Part shown: one piece after another, positions 47,811 to 57,509 of the stretch
Layout of the letters: every line of letters begins with the position of its first letter
Numbering within the stretch: the first letter of the stretch is position 1
Source: Candidatus Thorarchaeota archaeon
GTDB lineage: Archaea > Asgardarchaeota > Thorarchaeia > Thorarchaeales > Thorarchaeaceae
Length of the DNA: 64,000 nt
NCBI GenBank assembly: GCA_016839605.1
Contig: JAEOTX010000044.1
Coordinates: 42,171 to 106,170 of the forward strand
Direction of reading: 5' to 3'
Notes under the pieces: model-generated
Database searches by the model: none
What the model was told of the DNA's origin: nothing
What the model saw: only the letters and a program-made list of their open reading frames with translations
Position numbers and translations under genes: made by a program

Positions 47811-49214
47811 ATGTCATTTGAAGACATTCCAGTAGATGTAGGCGTAGTATACGAAGGTGAGCGAGTCCGAGGAAAGGACATGTATGTAGAGCTCGGCGGT
47901 CCAAAAATGGAACAGAAATTCGAACTTGCTCTGGCACGAGAAATGGGCGACATCGAAGATGAGAAAGTCACTGTCATCGGACCCGACTTGAAGGACATGG
48001 AGGAAGGGAGCTATCATCCATTTGGCATCCTAATAGAGGTGGCTGGAAAGGAGATAGAACCTGACCTTGAAGGCGTCATTGAAAGGCGCATTCACGAATA
48101 TGTGAACTTCGTTGAAGGAATGATGCACCTGAACCAGAGATACGACATCTGGATTCGGCTCAACAAGAGGTCTTTCGAAAAGGGATTCAATACCTTTGAG
48201 TTTCTGGGTAAGGTCCTAGTTCGGCTCTTCAAGAGTGAGATGAATATCATTGAGAAAATACAGGTTACGTTCTTCACAGACCCTGAGAAGATAGCCGAAC
48301 GATATGATGAGGCCATAAACAGATACAACGAGAGAGATGCTCGTGCAAGAGGACTCAGTGATCCAGATGTAGACACATTCTACGGATGCTCATTGTGTCA
48401 GTCTTTCGCTCCAACTCACATCTGTGTGATAACACCGCAGAGATATGCAAATTGCGGAGCAATAAGTTGGTTCGATGGTCGTGCAGCCGCAAGAGTTGAC
48501 CCTAAAGGGCCCCTCTATGCAATCTCGAAAGGTGACACGATAGATGAGTTTTCTGGTGAGTACACAGGTGTGAATCAGATCAGCGCGGAGAAATCGCTTG
48601 GTAAGGTCACCTCAGTAGCTCTCTACAGTGCCTTTGACAAGCCACACACAAGCTGTGGTTGCTTTGAGGCAATCGCGTTTGTGATTCCTGAGGTAGACGG
48701 TCTTGGAGTTGTCCACAGAGACTTCAAGGGTGAAACAGTGAACGGACTGCCCTTTTCAAGCATGGCTGACTCCACGGCTGGAGGCCGACAGGTGCCTGGT
48801 TTCCATGGGCTCTCAATAGAGTACATGCGTTCACCTCGTTTCCTACAGGTTGACGGTGGCTATGATAGAGTCGTATGGATGCCTGACTCAGTGAAACAAC
48901 GAATCTATGAGTTCATGCCTGAAGATATCAGAGACAAGATCCCGACCGAGAACGATGTCATGACCATTGGCGATCTCAAGACCTTCCTCAAGGAGAAGAA
49001 CCATCCAGTTGTGGAACGTTGGGTGGAGATTGAGGAGGACGAGACAGCTCTGGCAGAGGTTTCTGATACTGGCGATTATGTTTCTGTACCTGGTGAAATG
49101 ACTGCCATGGTTGGTGGTATTGGTGGCGGCCTTGAAATCATCTTCAAGAATGCCAAAATATACGCTGAGAAGGTCATTATCCGCAAGACAGGGAAGGGTG
49201 GAAAGAAGAAATGA
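47811..49214 (+). CDS. cdhC: CODH/ACS beta subunit (acetyl-CoA synthase)
   Basis: YEGERVR, FYGCSLCQSFAPTHIC, PHTSCGCFE. Confidence 0.96.
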   Translation: MSFEDIPVDVGVVYEGERVRGKDMYVELGGPKMEQKFELALAREMGDIEDEKVTVIGPDLKDMEEGSYHPFGILIEVAGKEIEPDLEGVIERRIHEYVNFVEGMMHLNQRYDIWIRLNKRSFEKGFNTFEFLGKVLVRLFKSEMNIIEKIQVTFFTDPEKIAERYDEAINRYNERDARARGLSDPDVDTFYGCSLCQSFAPTHICVITPQRYANCGAISWFDGRAAARVDPKGPLYAISKGDTIDEFSGEYTGVNQISAEKSLGKVTSVALYSAFDKPHTSCGCFEAIAFVIPEVDGLGVVHRDFKGETVNGLPFSSMADSTAGGRQVPGFHGLSIEYMRSPRFLQVDGGYDRVVWMPDSVKQRIYEFMPEDIRDKIPTENDVMTIGDLKTFLKEKNHPVVERWVEIEEDETALAEVSDTGDYVSVPGEMTAMVGGIGGGLEIIFKNAKIYAEKVIIRKTGKGGKKK

Positions 49215-50404
49215 CGTCCCATGAGGAAGGAAGAGGGCAGTCGCTAGACGACATCTTCGGTGAATTCGCCGAGTTGGAGCTGGAGGATGTCACGATACAG
49301 GTTGACGAACTCAAGCTTGCTCTCCGTCCCATGGTCCAACGGATAGCTCAGGCTGCAGCAAAGGCTGCAATTGAGAGGCCAAAGTCCCTCATACCCACGC
49401 AGCTCAAGGCTCCCCTTGGTGAGTATCCCGGTGTCATTCGGGAGATTACTATTGGGGCCACGAAGAAAGAGGGAGGCTCAAGGAGCAATACCGTGACCAT
49501 TGGTGGTCATACTGCACCAGCATGGGACCTGTTTCAATCACCACCGAAGAATCCACCAATCATAGCGGCTGATGTCTTTGATATGCCTATTCCACTGGCA
49601 AAGGCGGTGAAGACACATTACAGAGAAGTTCTTGAGGATCCCGCAGAGTGGGCGAAGCTCTGTGTGGACAAGTTCGGAGCTGATTTGATAACAATTCATC
49701 TCATCAGTACCGATAGACAACTCGGAGACACATCACCTGCAAAAGCCGCAAAGACTGTCGAGGAGGTTTTACAAGCAGTAAAGGTTCCTGTGCTTATTGG
49801 TTCTGCAGGAGACCCTGAGAAAGACGGTCCTGTCCTAGCAAAGGCTGCAGAGGTGTGTGAGGGTGAACGGACCCTGCTATGTTCGGCTACAATCGATGTC
49901 TATGAACCCGTTGCAGTAGCTGCAAAGGAGCATGACCAGATTGTCTTGTCTTGGACCTCACTCGACATCAATGATCAGAAGGAACTGAACCGAAGGCTTA
50001 TCGAATGGGTAACGCCCGATCAGATAGTCATTGATCCTACAACAGCTGCTCTTGGATATGGTCTTGAATATGCCTTCACCATGATGCAGAGGATGCGTCT
50101 GGCTGGGCTCTTAGGCGACAGCGAGCTACAATACCCAATCAGTTCTGGTACTACAAATGCCTGGGCTGCTAGAGAGGCATGGCTAAAGGCACCTGAACTT
50201 GGTCCGAGAGAACTTCGTGGACCAATCTGGGAGAGTGTGACTGCGTTGTCACTTCTGCTGGCAGGAAACGACCTCTTCATGATGATGCATCCTGCAGCGA
50301 TGAAGACAGTCCATGATCTTATTGAGTGGCTTCGAGAGAGGCGGCCGATACCAGTCGAGGAATACGCAGACTGGACATCAATCGAAATACCGGAGGGGAT
50401 CTAA
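49211..50404 (+). CDS. cdhD: CODH/ACS delta subunit (CFeSP small subunit)
   Basis: DPAEWAK, DPTTAALGYGLEY, NAWAAREAW, MMMHP. Confidence 0.94.
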   Translation: MTSHEEGRGQSLDDIFGEFAELELEDVTIQVDELKLALRPMVQRIAQAAAKAAIERPKSLIPTQLKAPLGEYPGVIREITIGATKKEGGSRSNTVTIGGHTAPAWDLFQSPPKNPPIIAADVFDMPIPLAKAVKTHYREVLEDPAEWAKLCVDKFGADLITIHLISTDRQLGDTSPAKAAKTVEEVLQAVKVPVLIGSAGDPEKDGPVLAKAAEVCEGERTLLCSATIDVYEPVAVAAKEHDQIVLSWTSLDINDQKELNRRLIEWVTPDQIVIDPTTAALGYGLEYAFTMMQRMRLAGLLGDSELQYPISSGTTNAWAAREAWLKAPELGPRELRGPIWESVTALSLLLAGNDLFMMMHPAAMKTVHDLIEWLRERRPIPVEEYADWTSIEIPEGI

Positions 50405-51820
50405 ATGGTCAAACTTCCAGGTCCATTGGACATCTACCCTCTTTTGCCTGGTACAAACTGCGAGGAGTGCGGAGAGGCCAACTGCATGGCTTTTGCAACG
50501 AAGCTCGCCGAATACACGGTGAAGCTTGCTGCTTGTGCTCCTCTCTACAAAGAGGCTCAGTATGTCAAGAAGCTGACCAAGCTAGAGGATCTAATTCGTC
50601 CTCCAGTCAGAGAAGTTGTGATTGGCACAGGTGAAAAAGCTGCTTCGATAGGTGGAAAGCTAGTCCTGTATAGACATGATCTTAGATACTCGAATCCGAT
50701 TGCATTCTTTGTTGATGTAGCTGACACACTTGAGGGCGATGCCCTCTCCCAGAGAGTCAAGGCTATTGAAGACTGGACGTACATGTACATTGGTCAGAAT
50801 CTACGGTTAGATGGAGTAGCACTACGAGGTGTATCACAAGATCCGCAGACTTTTGCTAAGGCTGCAAAGAAATTGTCTGAGCTCACTGACTGGCCAATTA
50901 TCCTATGCTCGCTAAATTCTGAGATGCTGGCCGCTGCAGCTAACGCAATCGCTGATAAGCGACCTTTGCTCTATGCAGCGACACTGGATACATGGTCCGA
51001 TGTTGGAGATATTGCAGTCAAGCACAATCTCCCCTTGGTGGCTTATGCACCAAGCGGGTTAGACGACATTGCAACGCTTGTCAATACTCTGAGAGCCATG
51101 GGAGTAGAGGAAATTGTACTCGATCCAGGCACAGCTTCAAGAGCTGGTCTTGGTACCACTGTTGACAGCTTTACGCAGCTCAGGAGAGCTGCTACACTAG
51201 AGGAGAACGAACTAGTTGGGTATCCACTACTTGCGACTCCAATCTCAGTATGGGCGGACCATAAGGAGGGTGCTGCACCAGAGTTAACTAAATGGGACGA
51301 GGTCCTCACTGCGGCAGCAATGATAGTCCGTTACTCTGATGCAATCGTTGTCCATAGTTTGGACATGTGGACCAATCTGCCACTAACCTTTCTACGAAGC
51401 AATCTCTACACCGATCCAGTCAAGCCCGTAGCCGTTGAGGCCGGACTACAGGAATTCGGTAAGGTTGATGCAGACTCTCCAGTGATGTATACAACAAACT
51501 TTGCGCTTACCTACTTTACTGTAGAGAGCGACATCAAACAGGCTGGCGTCAATGCCTATCTCGTGGTGGTTGATACGGAGGGAATGAGTGTCCAATCCGC
51601 AGTTGCAGGTAGAAGACTGACTGCAGAGAAAGTGGCGGAAAGCCTAGAGGAATACAAGGTGTCTGACAAGGTCAAACACAAGGTTCTCATCAGTCCAGGA
51701 ATGGCCGCGAGAATTAGTGGTGAAACCGAAGAGGTCTCTGGTTGGACTGTCAAAGTAGGTCCCCAGGACTCCAGCGGAATACCCAAGTATCTCCAATCAG
51801 GTAAATGGAAAGAAGAGTAA
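50405..51820 (+). CDS. cdhE: CODH/ACS gamma subunit (CFeSP large subunit)
   Basis: LPGTNCEECGEANCMAFA, YTDP.KPV.VE, TTNFALTYFTVESD. Confidence 0.95.
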   Translation: MVKLPGPLDIYPLLPGTNCEECGEANCMAFATKLAEYTVKLAACAPLYKEAQYVKKLTKLEDLIRPPVREVVIGTGEKAASIGGKLVLYRHDLRYSNPIAFFVDVADTLEGDALSQRVKAIEDWTYMYIGQNLRLDGVALRGVSQDPQTFAKAAKKLSELTDWPIILCSLNSEMLAAAANAIADKRPLLYAATLDTWSDVGDIAVKHNLPLVAYAPSGLDDIATLVNTLRAMGVEEIVLDPGTASRAGLGTTVDSFTQLRRAATLEENELVGYPLLATPISVWADHKEGAAPELTKWDEVLTAAAMIVRYSDAIVVHSLDMWTNLPLTFLRSNLYTDPVKPVAVEAGLQEFGKVDADSPVMYTTNFALTYFTVESDIKQAGVNAYLVVVDTEGMSVQSAVAGRRLTAEKVAESLEEYKVSDKVKHKVLISPGMAARISGETEEVSGWTVKVGPQDSSGIPKYLQSGKWKEE

Positions 51821-51883
51821 GAGGCCATACCTAAACGGTCTTAGGGGCTAAATGCCCCCTCTTTCCTATTGAGAGTAAGAAGA

Positions 51884-52687
51884 ATGAAAGAACGTCTAGT
51901 GATATCTGTGTCTGGCAAGGGTGGAGTCGGTAAGACCACTACTTCAGGACTCCTCTCCAGAATAATTGCAGAGCAGACCCAAAGGTCACTTCTCCTGGTT
52001 GATGCAGATCCAGTCATGAATCTTCCTCGCGCCTTGGGAGTTGATGTTCCAGCATCGGTGGGAGAGATAGCTTCCCAAATGAGGAAGAAAATTGATGATG
52101 GAACACTTCCAGCATCTGCCGCGAAACAAGATATTCTGGAAGGAGAAATCTTTGAAGCACTCATTGAGGGGGACCGTTTTGATTTCTTAGCTATGGGGCG
52201 AACAGAAGGTGAAGGTTGCTACTGTTATGTCAACAGAATATTAACACAGATTCTTGACACACTCACGATGAATTATGAGATTACTCTTCTTGATATGACC
52301 GCAGGTCTTGAGCACTTCAGTCGGCGCACTGACAGGAATGTAGACATCCTCATTATTGTGATTGATTCCTCAAGAGCCGCTTTTGAAGCAGCACTGCGAA
52401 TAAGAGACCTCGCCAAAGAGGTTCATATTGACTTCAAGAAGCTAGTAGTGATTGGAAATCGTATTCCCGCCAATCTTGTTGATGCGGTCTCACAAGGGCT
52501 TGAAGAGAATGACCTCTTTCTAGCCGGAATGATTCCTAATGATGATGAGGTCGCGAAGCTCAATTACATGGGGAAACCGGTTTTCGACCTGCCAGATGAT
52601 TCACCTGCATTTCAGGCCGTTGAGGGAATTGCAGAGAAGCTGGGTCTTCTCAGTGAAGTGACATTGTTGAAATTGTTGGGCCAGTAA
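51884..52687 (+). CDS. Second CooC/AcsF nickel-insertion ATPase
   Basis: GKGGVGKTT, VDADP, GEGCYC, AGLEHFSRR. Confidence 0.9.
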   Translation: MKERLVISVSGKGGVGKTTTSGLLSRIIAEQTQRSLLLVDADPVMNLPRALGVDVPASVGEIASQMRKKIDDGTLPASAAKQDILEGEIFEALIEGDRFDFLAMGRTEGEGCYCYVNRILTQILDTLTMNYEITLLDMTAGLEHFSRRTDRNVDILIIVIDSSRAAFEAALRIRDLAKEVHIDFKKLVVIGNRIPANLVDAVSQGLEENDLFLAGMIPNDDEVAKLNYMGKPVFDLPDDSPAFQAVEGIAEKLGLLSEVTLLKLLGQ

Positions 52688-52693
52688 GACGAA

Positions 52694-53899
52694 TCATTCG
52701 ATATCCTGTATCTCAATTTGCAGGCGCTCAAAAAACTCGCTTGCGGCTATTTGTATTAATTCTGAATCATCCGAGATTGTGTCTATTCTGACTTTGGAGA
52801 TTCCTTCTCCGACCTTTCCAACGAGAGTTATAGTGACGGTCAATCGGGCGTCAGTGAATTTTCCTTTTCCAGTGCCTGCGACAACTCCCATCAACATTCC
52901 GTCTTTGACTGAGGACTCCGTTCTAAGGGAATGAAGGTTATACCGTTCGGACAGTTTCTTTACGATTTTGAAAAGCGTCTTTGCTTCTACCTCAACGACG
53001 TGTTCACGATTCCAAGTAGTCTTTCCTTTCTTCATTGCTTGGAACTCGTCCGCGTTCATCTCAAATGGTTCAATTTGGGAATAGATTGATCTGATGAAGC
53101 AGTTGCCTGATTTTGCGGCAATCCTCTCACCATCACCGTTCACGAAAATCACTGATGATACGATCTCACCTTCAATTGCTTCTGAGTTAACATAGAATTC
53201 GAACTCGACGGATTCGGACTTACCAGGCTTAATTGAAGATATGATCTGCGTTCTTCCATAGGGCTGCAATAGGCTATCTGGAGGAAAGGACAGAATTGCG
53301 ATAGTCACTTCCGAGATGGTTTCAGAAGTCTTATTGGCAATGGTGCTTCTGAACTGCAACTTAGTGTCAGATACTTGGTAGCCATTAGTTACAATGACAT
53401 CGTCACTGGTTCGAATCGGAGTGGCCTCAAGGATTTGCTCTCCTCCCGCGAACAACGCTTCAGGCATCAAAGGTTCGTCGACAACATCCTCGCCACGTGT
53501 CTGTAGCCAGTCTAGAGCGAAGCTAATGGCATCTCTGACTATTTCATCATCGTCAGAGGTGTGTGCTTCTAGGATTGGTATTGCTCTGTTATCAGCTAAT
53601 GAAGCGAGTACTCCTGCGGTCATAGCCCGAATGATTTTACTCTCATCGTTTAGAGCGATATCTAGTGTGTCGAAAGACTTTGAACCAAAATCTCCCAGTC
53701 TGCATACTGCAAGTAGTCTGAGATTTTCCTCTCCCGTTATGGCTGCGTCTTTGCATGCCTGAATCGATGAAATGGTTGCTAGCGCGTTTTCGAGCTTGTC
53801 TTCCTTTGATTTGAATAATCTGCCCATAGCTCTCTTGAAGCCTCCTATTGGGTCGCCACTTTGTGTTGGAGTCGATGTATCATCATCTTTGTCGGACAT
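52694..53899 (-). CDS. HEAT-repeat protein with C-terminal Ig-like plus platform (adaptin/COP appendage-like) domains
   Basis: HEAT pattern LNDESKIIRAMTAGVL and SDDDEIVRDAISFAL, a beta-sandwich (N.T...I.EV.I; I.PG.S.SVEF), then IEP...EF-type platform entry. Confidence 0.6.
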   Translation of the reverse strand: MSDKDDDTSTPTQSGDPIGGFKRAMGRLFKSKEDKLENALATISSIQACKDAAITGEENLRLLAVCRLGDFGSKSFDTLDIALNDESKIIRAMTAGVLASLADNRAIPILEAHTSDDDEIVRDAISFALDWLQTRGEDVVDEPLMPEALFAGGEQILEATPIRTSDDVIVTNGYQVSDTKLQFRSTIANKTSETISEVTIAILSFPPDSLLQPYGRTQIISSIKPGKSESVEFEFYVNSEAIEGEIVSSVIFVNGDGERIAAKSGNCFIRSIYSQIEPFEMNADEFQAMKKGKTTWNREHVVEVEAKTLFKIVKKLSERYNLHSLRTESSVKDGMLMGVVAGTGKGKFTDARLTVTITLVGKVGEGISKVRIDTISDDSELIQIAASEFFERLQIEIQDIE

Positions 53900-54035
53900 A
53901 CTAGGCCTCGCTATTCGTGGTCGTCTGCGCTTGTCTTAATACTTATTGCGATGGCTCAGTCATTTGAGCCTTTCACAACCTTTTTAGCACGGCCTCAGGT
54001 CGGGGCAAATAGAACCGGCTCAAAAGGTGCATTGC

Positions 54036-55163
54036 ATGGAGCAAAGAGATCTTTCACTCTTCCTTCAACCAAAAATAATGAAGCCCCAAGCTGAATATGG
54101 ATCGGAAATCACACGCCGATTTGTTATGAACAAGGTTGGAAGGATGATTGCAGTAGCAATGCAGGACCGAAGTGTTAGACTCTACAACGCACAAAACTGC
54201 GAAGAGATGCAGCGCATCCAAGATGAGTTTCTATGCACATCTATAGCTTTCAGCCCTCAGGGCGATGTTGTTGCTACCGGTGGTGTGGACAGAATCGTCA
54301 AGCTATGGGACATCCGCACAGGAGCCTTGCTTGCTAAGCTGGAGGGTCATACATATCCTGTATTGACACTTGCATTCTCTCCTGATGGTGGTCGTCTTGT
54401 TTCAGGGAGTGGTGATACTACATTGCGCATTTGGGACGTGGGGACTCGGACTGAGCTCAACCATCTAACTGGGCATTCGCTATACGTAGTTACATGTGAC
54501 TGGTCCCCTGATGGCACACGAATAATCTCTGGAGAAGTCGATGGCACAATCGCAGTTTGGGATGCTGATAGTGGACAGCTGTTGAACCGTCTTAAGGACC
54601 ATCGCACTGCAGTCCATGTTGTGAAATTTACACCCGACGGTAAGGGAATGGCTTCGGGTTCTTCAGACCTTAGGATCATCATTTGGAAATCAGACGGCGA
54701 TTCATTCAAGCCAGAACGAACTTTGATGGGACATGATGGCGAGGTTCGAGCGCTTTCATATAGCTGGGATGGCAAGTACATGGCATCAGGATCAAGCGAG
54801 AAGGAGCTCTTTGTCTGGGCTACTGACTCCTACACGATAGAGGGCGAGGGCACAACAGTCAGCGAAATCGATGGCATTGAGTGGTATCCCGATATAGATG
54901 CGTTCATCACTGCTGATGGCTCGGGTGCCATTATCCGCTGGGAGGCAAAGGAGATGCAGGCAATGCTCGCTCCATTCAAGAGTCTACTAGCTGAAATCGA
55001 AGCTGACGCCGATAAGAGCCGTCAGGAAGAGCTCATTCTAAAGTTCAATGACATTTCTGAGCAATTTGATGCAGAAGTCCTCAGAGATAAGCGAGTGTTC
55101 TATATCCTATGGCAATGCAAGAGAGCACTAGGTCTTTTGAAAGGTACACCTAGACGAGCCTAG
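54036..55163 (+). CDS. WD40 beta-propeller protein with short helical C-terminal domain
   Basis: Repeated GH...(F/W)SPDG...SGS.D..IW motifs, about 7 blades. Confidence 0.93.
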   Translation: MEQRDLSLFLQPKIMKPQAEYGSEITRRFVMNKVGRMIAVAMQDRSVRLYNAQNCEEMQRIQDEFLCTSIAFSPQGDVVATGGVDRIVKLWDIRTGALLAKLEGHTYPVLTLAFSPDGGRLVSGSGDTTLRIWDVGTRTELNHLTGHSLYVVTCDWSPDGTRIISGEVDGTIAVWDADSGQLLNRLKDHRTAVHVVKFTPDGKGMASGSSDLRIIIWKSDGDSFKPERTLMGHDGEVRALSYSWDGKYMASGSSEKELFVWATDSYTIEGEGTTVSEIDGIEWYPDIDAFITADGSGAIIRWEAKEMQAMLAPFKSLLAEIEADADKSRQEELILKFNDISEQFDAEVLRDKRVFYILWQCKRALGLLKGTPRRA

Positions 55164-55168
55164 CATCA

Positions 55169-55723
55169 TCAACTGTTTCTGTTTGCTTCTGTCGCTCGGG
55201 CCTTTCCTTCCATTAGGATGATTCTACAAAGAGCAAAATAGGCTTCCTCTACGTTCTCCCCCGTGAGTGCACTAGATTCAACATATAGGAATTTGTGCTT
55301 CTTGGCATACTTCTCGCCTTCTTCTCTTGATACAACCCGGCTGTCTGCAAGGTCTACCTTGTTGGCCACAACTATAAGCGGGATTGGATTGGCTAGATTG
55401 GAGAAACATTCATTCTTCCAATTGTCAATGTTGAGAAATGTACGGCGGCGAGTAACGTCATATACTAAGAGCCCTCCACGAGCACCTCGATAGAAGCCCT
55501 GGCGGACCGTTTCAAAACGCGGCTGCCCGGCGAGATCCCAAACAACACAGGTCACACTGGCATTCAGGTCTTTCAGCTGAAGGTCCTTGAGGGCGAAATC
55601 TGTGCCAATGGTTCTCTTGTAGTCCGCCTGAAATCCTCCTTCGGTGAACCTAATCGTCAGTGCGGTTTTCCCCACTGCACCATCACCTAGCATAGTGATT
55701 TTCAGGCGATACTCACCCGGCAT
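55169..55723 (-). CDS. Rab-like small GTPase (Ras superfamily)
   Basis: GDGAVGKT, TIGTDF, WDLAGQ, NKVD, ESSAL. Confidence 0.93.
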   Translation of the reverse strand: MPGEYRLKITMLGDGAVGKTALTIRFTEGGFQADYKRTIGTDFALKDLQLKDLNASVTCVVWDLAGQPRFETVRQGFYRGARGGLLVYDVTRRRTFLNIDNWKNECFSNLANPIPLIVVANKVDLADSRVVSREEGEKYAKKHKFLYVESSALTGENVEEAYFALCRIILMEGKARATEANRNS

Positions 55724-55916
55724 TCAGTGGTCTCCTAGCCCTTTCAGATTACTGAAACCCTCTTTTAATTGTAATGCGGCATCATGCTGGGTTACGAGCC
55801 ATCTCTCATCCGACTGTATTTTAGCTGGTTTCAAAGAATCTGCCACTTTGATAATAGACTGCCCAGCACGTTTAATAAGGAAATGCGCAAATCGTTTCCC
55901 GCCAAGGGATGATGCT

Positions 55917-56306
55917 ATGACCTCAGAGCGCCCGGACTATCGAGCTTTGACTGAAACGTTAGAGGAGATGAACAAGGAGGGCGGATTTACTACGTCGGTC
56001 CTTGCGAGAGATGATGGTCTGGTCATGGCTTATGCTGTGTCCCCCACTACCAATATTGATGTAGTCGCTGCGATGGCTGGACACATCGCAGACACAGTTG
56101 AAAGGGTCAGAAATGAGCTCTCACTGGGAGAGACCAAGGACATTTCCGTGCGATGCTCTGAAGGGAAAGCGGTATTCAGAAGGATATCATCTCAAGGTAA
56201 TCAGGCATTGATTCTTGGCACAATTATGCCCAAGAATGTGCGCTATCATTCAAGAGCAGTTGGCAAGGCTGCAACTAAGATTAGGAAGATACTGAGATTT
56301 AGATGA
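55917..56306 (+). CDS. Roadblock/LC7 (MglB-like) protein
   Basis: 129 aa with SVLARDDGLVMA and VAAMA. TTTAATAA box at 55871. Confidence 0.88.
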   Translation: MTSERPDYRALTETLEEMNKEGGFTTSVLARDDGLVMAYAVSPTTNIDVVAAMAGHIADTVERVRNELSLGETKDISVRCSEGKAVFRRISSQGNQALILGTIMPKNVRYHSRAVGKAATKIRKILRFR

Positions 56307-56401
56307 TATCCGACGTTTGCTATCTGACTAGGTCGTCAAAACTATTAAGTTACTTATTTTGCTTCAAGTTGATAATCCCTAGGCGTAGGAGTGCCATTTT
56401 T

Positions 56402-56740
56402 TTGGCTGATGATGCAGAACCAAAGAAATCCCCGAAAGGGGAGGACGAAGAAGAGGACGATCCTGTTGAGGTAGTCCTATTCAAGTCTGATTCATGTGCG
56501 TTCTGCCCAAGGGCTGAAGAGGTGCTGAGAGAGACTCTTACCGATTTCGGAGGAGGATTCTTCGTTCTGAAAGTCATCAATGTGAGCGAGAATCCCGAAG
56601 CGGCAGAGGAGTTTGGAATCTTCGCACTGCCTACTACTATGATCGGTGGTGTTTCAGTGACGGGAATTCCAGAACCCGATATGATAATGAAGATGATTCT
56701 GGGAGCGAAAGTGAGTTCCAAAAGAGGTGCATCCAAATGA
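56402..56740 (+). CDS. Thioredoxin-fold protein with CxxC (KaiB-like middle segment), acidic N-terminus
   Basis: TTG start with AGGAG upstream. CAFC, LKVINVSENPEAAEEFGIFALPT. Confidence 0.8.
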   Translation: MADDAEPKKSPKGEDEEEDDPVEVVLFKSDSCAFCPRAEEVLRETLTDFGGGFFVLKVINVSENPEAAEEFGIFALPTTMIGGVSVTGIPEPDMIMKMILGAKVSSKRGASK

Positions 56741-57483
56741 GTGATTTCGTTATAGAGAGAGTAAAGACCGGGATTCCAGGGTTGGACGAGCTAATTGAGG
56801 GAGGATTCCCCAAAGGTGATACAATCCTCCTCGCGGGACGAGCAGGGACAGGAAAGAGCATCATGGCAAACCAGTTCCTGTACAATGGAGCAACAGAGTA
56901 CGATGAACCAGGAGTTCTTGTGACTTTGGAGGAATCTCCACATCTGATAAAGAGAAACATGATGAGGTTTGGAATGGACCTGGATGCGCTAGTAAAGAAG
57001 AAGAAACTTGCTATTGTGGACCTGTCTCCTTCAAAGGAGGCCACACCGATGAAGATTGGCGAATATCCTAGCTTTGACCTCTCTGGCTTGGAAGCGATTA
57101 TCCTCAATCATGTCAAGAAGCTGGGTGCCAAACGTGTAGTGATTGACACACTTGCTATTCTAGCATACAAGTTTCGAAGCCGGGACATCTTGCGGGAGGA
57201 GTTCTTCAAGCTTGCAGCCAATATAACTCGTGCAGATACAACTCTTATCCTGACAAGTGAAATTCAATCTCAACATGATGGTCTCGGCGTGTTTGATATC
57301 GAAGCATTCTTGGCCAGCGGCGTTATTGTACTCTACAATGAGATGATTAGCGAAACATCTCGGTCAAGGTCGATAGAAGTATTGAAACTCAGAGGTTCAA
57401 AACACAGCTCGCGAATCCATTCGATGAGGATAACAGACGAAGGCATCAGAGTATGGCCAGCAGAAATCAGTACTGGAGTATAG
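56737..57483 (+). CDS. Single-domain KaiC/RAD55-family ATPase (CI-like)
   Basis: TGIPGLDELIEGGFP, GRAGTGKS, TLEE, VVIDT, EVLKLRG. Confidence 0.9.
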   Translation: MSDFVIERVKTGIPGLDELIEGGFPKGDTILLAGRAGTGKSIMANQFLYNGATEYDEPGVLVTLEESPHLIKRNMMRFGMDLDALVKKKKLAIVDLSPSKEATPMKIGEYPSFDLSGLEAIILNHVKKLGAKRVVIDTLAILAYKFRSRDILREEFFKLAANITRADTTLILTSEIQSQHDGLGVFDIEAFLASGVIVLYNEMISETSRSRSIEVLKLRGSKHSSRIHSMRITDEGIRVWPAEISTGV

Positions 57484-57509
57484 AATCCGAAAAACTTGAG
57501 GCGTGACTC

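Noticed and set aside
44985-53420. GGTTCGAATC T-loop-like strings near 44988 and 53408 as tRNAs
   Set aside because: Both are inside coding sequences with no cloverleaf.
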